In this document: positions 57,998 through 64,000 of the stretch, piece after piece | Layout of the letters: each line of letters starts with the position of its first letter | Position numbering within the stretch: the first letter of the stretch is position 1 | Assembly: GCA_018694835.1 (NCBI GenBank) | Contig: JABHOG010000007.1 | Coordinates: 5,525-69,524 of the forward strand | DNA: 64,000 nt | DNA from: Planctomycetota bacterium | Lineage (GTDB): Bacteria > Planctomycetota > UBA8108 > UBA1146 | Direction: 5' to 3' | Program-made: the position numbers and the translations under genes | Notes under the pieces: generated by a model | Told to the model about the DNA's origin: nothing | Seen by the model: the letters and a program-made list of their open reading frames with translations, nothing else | The model's database searches: none

Positions 57998-58338
57998 TGG
58001 AGATGATCAGTGATGGGCTGCTCCTACTCGGTGGATTCGTCGCCTTCAGCGGTGCACTCGGTGTGCTACGAATGCCAGACTTCTACTCGCGGCTCCATCC
58101 TGCAGGGACAGCGGACACGCTGGCTCAACTGCTCGTGATTGGTGGCCTGGTACTACGACATCTCGATAGCACCGGGGATAGCCTGCTGGTGGTGGGAAAA
58201 CTGATCGCCATCTCGGTGCTGCTGATGGTGACCACCCCCACCGCAACACACGCCATCTCGCGGGCCGCTCACCTGAGCGGGCTGGCTCCTTGGACCCGAA
58301 GATCTACCGATCTCGAAGAACAAGAGGAGAGCCCCTGA
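57997..58338 (+). CDS. mrpG: Mrp antiporter subunit G
   Basis: Motifs GVLRMPDFYSRLH and TPTATHAISRAA. Confidence 0.92.
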   Translation: MEMISDGLLLLGGFVAFSGALGVLRMPDFYSRLHPAGTADTLAQLLVIGGLVLRHLDSTGDSLLVVGKLIAISVLLMVTTPTATHAISRAAHLSGLAPWTRRSTDLEEQEESP

Positions 58339-59390
58339 TGGACCCGGTGCTGCTCCTCGATGTTCTGTTATTGATCCTGGCGGTGCTCGCTGCGGTCGCC
58401 GCCATGCTGCAGCGCGATCTGCTCGGATCGGTGATGCTGATGGGGATATACAGCCTGTTGATGGCGGTGATCTGGGCCAACCTCTTCGCCATGGATGTTT
58501 CCTTTACCGAGGCCAGCGTCGGAGCGGGCGCAGCGACGGTGCTGCTGCTGATGGCACTGACCCGGATCGGCACCCGAGAGCGTTCCGGTGGAGATCATTC
58601 ACTGCCGGCACTGGTACTGGTGGTGCTCACCGGGGTGGTATTGCTGTACGGCACCTCGGAGTTACCCCGCTTCGGCGACCCACAGGCACCCGCCCAGCTT
58701 CACATCGCTCCACACTACCTCGCCCAGGACATCGGAAAGGTGTCCGACAGCGCAACGCCGCCGAACTCGCCTCACGGGGAAGGCGACTTTGGCCACCACG
58801 TTCCCAACACCGTCACCGCAGTACTCGCCTCCTACCGTGGCTACGACACGATGTTCGAGACCGCGGTGATCTTTTCGGCGGGGATGTGTCTGTTGTTGCT
58901 GCTCCGTCCCATCCCGCGCCGTTCGCCCGAGACAGTGACCATCGATGAGTCTGGCAGTACCTCCCACCAGAAGAGTGAGAGCGTGGTGCTTCGCACCATC
59001 GGCGGAATGCTGATCCCTTACATCCTGGTCTTTGGCTTCTACGTGCAGATGCACGGCGAGATCGGACCGGGGGGTGGATTCCAGGCGGGTGTGCTGGTGG
59101 CTGCGGCCTTCATCCTGCACAGCCTCCTCTTCGGTCGCACCGCAACTGATCGCTGGCTACCGCGCTGGCTGGTCGACCTCGCGATGAGCCTCGGGGTGTT
59201 GCTCTATGCCGGCACCGGAGTGGCGTGCATGGCGATGGGAGGACACTTCCTCGATTACTCCGCCCTCGATCGGGTCCACCCTGCCGAAGCAGAAGCGCTT
59301 GGCATGACGCTGGTCGAGGCGGGTGTCGGACTCACCGTCGCCTCGGTGGTGCTGACCATCGTCCGCAAGGTTCAGGGAGGTACCCGATGA
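58338..59390 (+). CDS. mrpB: Mrp antiporter subunit B (DUF4040 + MnhB fusion)
   Basis: Motifs DVSFTEASVGAG, NTVTAVLASYRGYDTMFET and HGEIGPGGGFQAG. Confidence 0.88.
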   Translation: MDPVLLLDVLLLILAVLAAVAAMLQRDLLGSVMLMGIYSLLMAVIWANLFAMDVSFTEASVGAGAATVLLLMALTRIGTRERSGGDHSLPALVLVVLTGVVLLYGTSELPRFGDPQAPAQLHIAPHYLAQDIGKVSDSATPPNSPHGEGDFGHHVPNTVTAVLASYRGYDTMFETAVIFSAGMCLLLLLRPIPRRSPETVTIDESGSTSHQKSESVVLRTIGGMLIPYILVFGFYVQMHGEIGPGGGFQAGVLVAAAFILHSLLFGRTATDRWLPRWLVDLAMSLGVLLYAGTGVACMAMGGHFLDYSALDRVHPAEAEALGMTLVEAGVGLTVASVVLTIVRKVQGGTR

Positions 59391-59758
59391 CCTTGCTGGG
59401 ACTCTTCAACCACTGGGCCTTCGTGATCATCATGATGGTCGGTCTCTATGCCATCATCGCTCGCAACAACATGGTCAAGAAGATACTCGGGCTGGGATTG
59501 TTCCAGACCGGCATCTTTCTGATGTACATCACCTTGGGGGTCCGTGATGGCGCGGCCGCTCCGATCCTGCAAGATGACCCTGCAGTCATCTATGCCAACC
59601 CTCTGCCCCACGTGCTGATCCTCACCGCCATCGTCGTCTCGGTCAGCACCATGGCGGTGGCTCTGGCTCTCGCCATCGGAATCCGCGAGAGTTACGGCAC
59701 CGTCGAGGCGGATGAAGTGGCCGCGCTCGACCAACAGTCGCAGGAGGTCGGATGCTGA
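59387..59758 (+). CDS. mrpC: Mrp antiporter subunit C
   Basis: Motifs NMVKKILGL and NPLPHVLILTAIVV. Confidence 0.93.
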   Translation: MTLLGLFNHWAFVIIMMVGLYAIIARNNMVKKILGLGLFQTGIFLMYITLGVRDGAAAPILQDDPAVIYANPLPHVLILTAIVVSVSTMAVALALAIGIRESYGTVEADEVAALDQQSQEVGC

Positions 59759-61257
59759 ACTTCCTCCAACCCTGGGCCAACCACTTCCCGGTGCTACTGG
59801 TGCTGATCCCGCTGCTGGGTGGCGTGCTGGCGCCGATCTTTGGTCGTGGATCGAGGGGCTGGGCGTGGGCGGTACTGACCACCGGAATCGCCACCATCAT
59901 CTCCATCGAGATGCTGCTGGTGGTCCGATCCGGGGGCGCGATCTCCTATCCACTGGGAGGATGGCCCGCCCCCTTCGGCATCGAACTGAAGGTCGACCTG
60001 CTCAGCGCCATCGTGGCACTGGTGGTCACCTCGGTCGGCTGGATCGTCACCATCCATTCGCGCCGTAGCGTCCAGGTGGAGATCCCAGCGGATCGACTCG
60101 GTCCCTTCTGGTCGGTGTGGTTGCTCGCCATCACTGGACTGCTCGGCATCATCGTCACCGGCGACGCCTTCAACATGTACGTGTTGCTGGAGATCTCTGC
60201 ACTGACCATCTATGGGCTGATCGCCATGGGTCGATCGCGCGATCGAAAAGCGCTCGTTTCCGCCTTCAACTACCTGATCCTGGGATCGATCGGCGCATCT
60301 TTCATCCTCATCGCCATCGGACTGCTGTACGCCCACACCGGCACCCTCAACATGAGTGATCTACACCAGCGCCTCCAGGCGAGTGACGGCGGAGCGACCG
60401 TCATGACCGCTCGCGCCTTCCTGCTGGTCGGACTCTCGCTCAAGATGGCACTCTTTCCCCTGCACTTCTGGATGCCAGCGGCCTACTCCACTGCGCCATC
60501 TGCGGTGGCGAGTCTGCTCTCTGCTACCGCCACCAAGGTCGGGATCTACATGGCGATGCGCTTCCTCTACACGGTCCTTCCGACCGAGGGAGGAGTCCTC
60601 ACCGATCCCAACGTCTGGTTATTGGGAGGGTGTGCGGGGGCGGCTATTTTCTACGGTTCGATCCAGGCGAGCCGACAGCCTTCGCTGTCGTTGCTACTGG
60701 CCTATTCGAGCGTCGCCCAGGTCGGCTACATCGTCATGGGACTGGCAGTGGGTCACATCGATGCCATGACCGGCTCGATCCTCCACCTGATGTTCCACGC
60801 CCTGATGAAGGGTGGATTGTTTCTCTGTGCTGGAATCTTCATCTACAGACTCGGCAGCAATGACTTCACCCAGTTGGCGGGAATCGGCCGACGGATGCCA
60901 TGGACCAGTGCGGCGGTGGTTCTCGGTGGACTGGGAATGATCGGCGTCCCGGGCACCGCCGGATTCATCAGCAAACTACACCTGCTGCGGGGACTGTTGC
61001 TGGCGGACCATCCCATCCTGGCGATGCTGGTGCTGCTCGGTTCGGCGATGGCGGCGATCTACACCTGGAAGTTTGTCGAGATCGCCTATCTGAAACCGGC
61101 CGCTGAAGATGCCGAGGAAATTCGCGAGGCACCCTTCGAAATGCTGTGGCCAGTGTGGCTGCTGATCGGCTCGAGCATCTGGCTCGGACTGAATCCCGCC
61201 CCGGTGGTGGAACTCGCCACCGACGCTGCACGAGCCTTGCTGGGAGGCGGCGGATGA
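59752..61257 (+). CDS. mrpD: Mrp antiporter subunit D (first paralog)
   Basis: Motifs GDAFNMYVLLEI, LKMALFPLHFWMP, AYSSVAQVGYI and HALMKGGLF. Confidence 0.92.
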   Translation: MLNFLQPWANHFPVLLVLIPLLGGVLAPIFGRGSRGWAWAVLTTGIATIISIEMLLVVRSGGAISYPLGGWPAPFGIELKVDLLSAIVALVVTSVGWIVTIHSRRSVQVEIPADRLGPFWSVWLLAITGLLGIIVTGDAFNMYVLLEISALTIYGLIAMGRSRDRKALVSAFNYLILGSIGASFILIAIGLLYAHTGTLNMSDLHQRLQASDGGATVMTARAFLLVGLSLKMALFPLHFWMPAAYSTAPSAVASLLSATATKVGIYMAMRFLYTVLPTEGGVLTDPNVWLLGGCAGAAIFYGSIQASRQPSLSLLLAYSSVAQVGYIVMGLAVGHIDAMTGSILHLMFHALMKGGLFLCAGIFIYRLGSNDFTQLAGIGRRMPWTSAAVVLGGLGMIGVPGTAGFISKLHLLRGLLLADHPILAMLVLLGSAMAAIYTWKFVEIAYLKPAAEDAEEIREAPFEMLWPVWLLIGSSIWLGLNPAPVVELATDAARALLGGGG

Positions 61258-62747
61258 TCCCCCTCGAGATTCTGGCACTGACTCTTCCGCTGCTCGGGGC
61301 GGTGCTTCCGTGGCTACTGCGACGGCAACATACCCTGCGCAACGGCTGCACCGTGCTGCTGTCGATGGCACTGCTGGCCACCGTCATCCAGTTGCTACCG
61401 GCGGCGCTCCAGGGTGAATCTTCCACCGAAGATAACTCCGTGGTGTTGGGATCGATCGCCCCGGGGCTCGATTTCATGCTGGAGGTCGATGCACTCGGGC
61501 TCATCTTTGCCCTGGTCGCTTCGAGCCTGTGGATCCTCAACAGCATCTACTCGGTAGGGTACATGTATCGACTCTACGGAGCCGACTTCGAGGGGCAAGA
61601 ACGCTACTGGTCCTGCTTTGCCCTGGCCATCCTGGCAGCGATGGGGATCGCATTCAGTGGTAACTTGCTGACACTGTTTCTCTTCTACGAGTTGATGACC
61701 TTCAGTACCTGGCCTCTCATCACTCACCATCGATCCGCCGCATCGAAACGCTCCGGGCGGATCTATCTGTTCATCCTGGTCGGCTCGTCGACACTTCTGC
61801 TACTGACCGCCATCGTGTGGACCTGGGTACTCACCGGCACGGTTCGATTCGAGGCCGGCGGCATCCTCGCCGACTCCGCATCCCCGACGCAGATCTCACT
61901 GCTGATCCTGCTCTTCTTCTTCGGAACCGCCAAAACTGCCATCTTCCCGTTTCACCAGTGGTTGCCCAACGCGATGGTCGCCCCGACCCCGGTCAGCGCC
62001 CTGTTGCATGCGGTGGCGGTGGTCAAGGCGGGCGTCTTCACGGTGCTGAAACTTTCGACGATGGTCATCGGCCCGGCGGCGATGCAAGCGAGTTGGGGCG
62101 CCGAAGTGGTCGCATGGTTTGCCGCAGGCACCATCCTGCTGACATCGGTGATCGCATTGTCAAAACCGGAGTTAAAGGCGCGCCTCGCCTACTCGACCAT
62201 CGGCCAGTTGAACTACATCGTGCTCGGAGCTGCGGTCGCTTTCCCCGCCGCCCTCCAGGGCGGGGCACTCCACATCGCCATGCACGCCTACGGCAAGATC
62301 ACCCTCTTCTTCGCCGCTGGAGCGATCTATGTCGTCAGCCAGAAGACCCGGGTCGACCAACTCGATGGCATCGGCCGGCGCATGCCGTGGACGATGACTG
62401 CGTTTTTCATCGGCACCATCAGTACCCTGGGGCTGCCCCCGATGGGCGGAACCTGGAGCAAGTGGCTGCTGTGCGTTGGCATGATCGAGGCGCACCAGTG
62501 GGCCTTCCTCGGCACCCTGCTCATCTCCACCCTGCTCGGCCTCGGCTACCTGTTACCGATCCCGATCCGCGCCTTCTTCGCCAAGGAGAATGCGGCGGCC
62601 GCAGTCAAGGGATATGAGGATCACGGCGAGGCGCCGTGGGCCTGTCGCATCCCGTTGATCATCAGCGCCCTCGCCTGCCTGGTGCTCTTCTTCTGGCCCG
62701 GTATCTACGCCCAGCTGGCAGCGATGGTCGAAGGGAGTGCGCCGTGA
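61254..62747 (+). CDS. Mrp antiporter MrpD/MrpA-like subunit (second paralog)
   Basis: Motifs NLLTLFLFYELM, FHQWLPNAMVAPTPVSALLHA, RLAYSTIGQL and HAYGKITLFF. Confidence 0.88.
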   Translation: MIPLEILALTLPLLGAVLPWLLRRQHTLRNGCTVLLSMALLATVIQLLPAALQGESSTEDNSVVLGSIAPGLDFMLEVDALGLIFALVASSLWILNSIYSVGYMYRLYGADFEGQERYWSCFALAILAAMGIAFSGNLLTLFLFYELMTFSTWPLITHHRSAASKRSGRIYLFILVGSSTLLLLTAIVWTWVLTGTVRFEAGGILADSASPTQISLLILLFFFGTAKTAIFPFHQWLPNAMVAPTPVSALLHAVAVVKAGVFTVLKLSTMVIGPAAMQASWGAEVVAWFAAGTILLTSVIALSKPELKARLAYSTIGQLNYIVLGAAVAFPAALQGGALHIAMHAYGKITLFFAAGAIYVVSQKTRVDQLDGIGRRMPWTMTAFFIGTISTLGLPPMGGTWSKWLLCVGMIEAHQWAFLGTLLISTLLGLGYLLPIPIRAFFAKENAAAAVKGYEDHGEAPWACRIPLIISALACLVLFFWPGIYAQLAAMVEGSAP

Positions 62748-62983
62748 GCGATCCCGACCACTCCTCTCCCTCTCGTATTCACTGGTGGCTGGTGATCGCC
62801 TGCGCCATCGTCTTTGCCGCCGATTTCTTCTACCACCGCCACCTCGAACCGGCGGTAGAACAGGTCGAAGGGATCCCCGGCTTCTATCCCATCTACGGTT
62901 TCCTCGGAATCGTACTGCTGGTGATGTTGTCTCGTGGCCTGCGGGCGGCGGTGTCGCGCAAGGAAGGGTACTACGATGATTGA
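62744..62983 (+). CDS. small two-TM membrane protein within the mrp operon
   Basis: GTG start overlapping the upstream TGA; IPGFYPIYGFLG and C-terminal RKEGYYDD. Confidence 0.7.
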   Translation: MSDPDHSSPSRIHWWLVIACAIVFAADFFYHRHLEPAVEQVEGIPGFYPIYGFLGIVLLVMLSRGLRAAVSRKEGYYDD

Positions 62984-64000
62984 GGGGCTCTATCCAGTCC
63001 TGCCCTTCATCGTGGGGGCCATCCTCTGTTCGATCTTGCGCGGGATCCCTCGTAAGATCATCGCTCTGGCGACCCCCGTCGTCGGCTTGCTCGGGTTGCT
63101 CGGCCTGCCCGACGGAGCCTCCTTCACCATCTCCTTCCTCGGCTTCGAACTGATCCTCGCCCAGGTCGACCGGCTCTCCTTCCTCTTTGCACTGCTCTTT
63201 CATATCGCCGGACTGATCGGCGTCATCTACGCCCTCCATGTCAAGAACCGGCTGGAGATCGGCTCGGCACTGCTCTATGTCGGCAGTGCCATCGGCACGG
63301 TGCTGGCCGGCGATCTGGTGACGCTGTTTGTCGGCTGGGAACTGCTGGCGCTGACCTCTGCGTTCATCGTCTGGTCCCGAAACGATGATCGCTCGCGGGC
63401 GACCGGTTCGCGGTACCTCATCTTCCAGGTGCTGTCGGGACTGTCGCTGCTGGTCGGCATCCTGATCCACCACCAGGCGGGCGGCTCGCTGACCATCGCC
63501 GAGTTGGGTGTGCTCGATCTCTCATCACCAGGGGTGCCGTGGATCTTTCTCGCCTTCGGTATCAAGGCGGGCTTCCCGCTGCTCCATACCTGGATCATCG
63601 ATACCTATCCGGCAGCGAGTGCCACCGGCACCGTGTTCCTGTCGGCGTTCACCACCAAGACGGCGGTCTACGCACTGGCGCGCTTCTTCCCCGGCACCGA
63701 AGAACTGATCCTCATCGGTGCGGCGATGACCATCTTTCCCATCTTCTATGCAGTGATCGAGAATGATCTGCGCAAGGTGCTCTCTTACAGCATGATCAAC
63801 CAGATCGGTTTCATGGTGGTCGGCATCGGGATCGGTACCGAACTGGCGATCAATGGTGCGATCTCTCACGCCTTCAACGACGTGCTGTTCAAGGGACTGC
63901 TGTTCATGTCGATGGGGGCGGTGCTGCATGTCACCGGCACGACCCGAGGCACCGACCTCGGGGGCCTGTGGAAGAAGATGCCGATCACCACGGTGTTGTG
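62976..64000 (+). CDS. Mrp antiporter MrpD/MrpA-like subunit (third paralog), truncated by the window end
   Basis: Own translation (not in the ORF track): MIEGLYPVLPFIVGA...AGDLVTLFVGWELL...IKAGFPLLHTWIIDTYP...AFTTKTAVY...LSYSMINQIGF...HAFNDVLFKGLLFM. Confidence 0.88.
   Translation, partial: MIEGLYPVLPFIVGAILCSILRGIPRKIIALATPVVGLLGLLGLPDGASFTISFLGFELILAQVDRLSFLFALLFHIAGLIGVIYALHVKNRLEIGSALLYVGSAIGTVLAGDLVTLFVGWELLALTSAFIVWSRNDDRSRATGSRYLIFQVLSGLSLLVGILIHHQAGGSLTIAELGVLDLSSPGVPWIFLAFGIKAGFPLLHTWIIDTYPAASATGTVFLSAFTTKTAVYALARFFPGTEELILIGAAMTIFPIFYAVIENDLRKVLSYSMINQIGFMVVGIGIGTELAINGAISHAFNDVLFKGLLFMSMGAVLHVTGTTRGTDLGGLWKKMPITTVL

Noticed and set aside
62553-63473. 306-aa minus-strand ORF
   Set aside because: Antisense shadow of the mrp genes; the real gene is the plus-strand ORF from 62976.

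Overview
A 64-kb gene-dense, GC-rich chromosomal window with about 55 protein-coding genes. I found no rRNA, tRNA, CRISPR array, transposase or phage gene. The host is inferred to be a Planctomycetota/PVC bacterium, from a ~740-aa GreA, a dockerin-like C-terminus, and HEAT-vWA and FG-GAP proteins. Housekeeping content: queA, queF, truD, moaDE, gltA, nadE, fabI, pyrC, ispH, hutUI, greA, a MacAB-type ABC exporter and an Mrp antiporter operon that runs off the right edge. Four signals stand out. (1) A small SOS regulon is readable from the DNA: a GAAC-N4-GTTC operator with the shared core GCGAACATCTG precedes lexA, a Y-family polymerase and possibly a HEAT-vWA gene. lexA is followed by a small ImuB-C/DUF6504-like gene, and the polymerase carries a clamp motif plus a RecA-N-terminus-like tail, suggesting a non-canonical mutasome. 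(2) A DUF1302-DUF1329-YCF48-MMPL/RND envelope-spanning module sits inside a fatty-acyl-CoA catabolic cluster. (3) A highly structured 250-nt spacer lies upstream of citrate synthase. (4) Short tandem duplications recur at gene termini. Starts were adjusted by eye using RBS and overlap evidence. Family calls come from motif recognition, not database searches.
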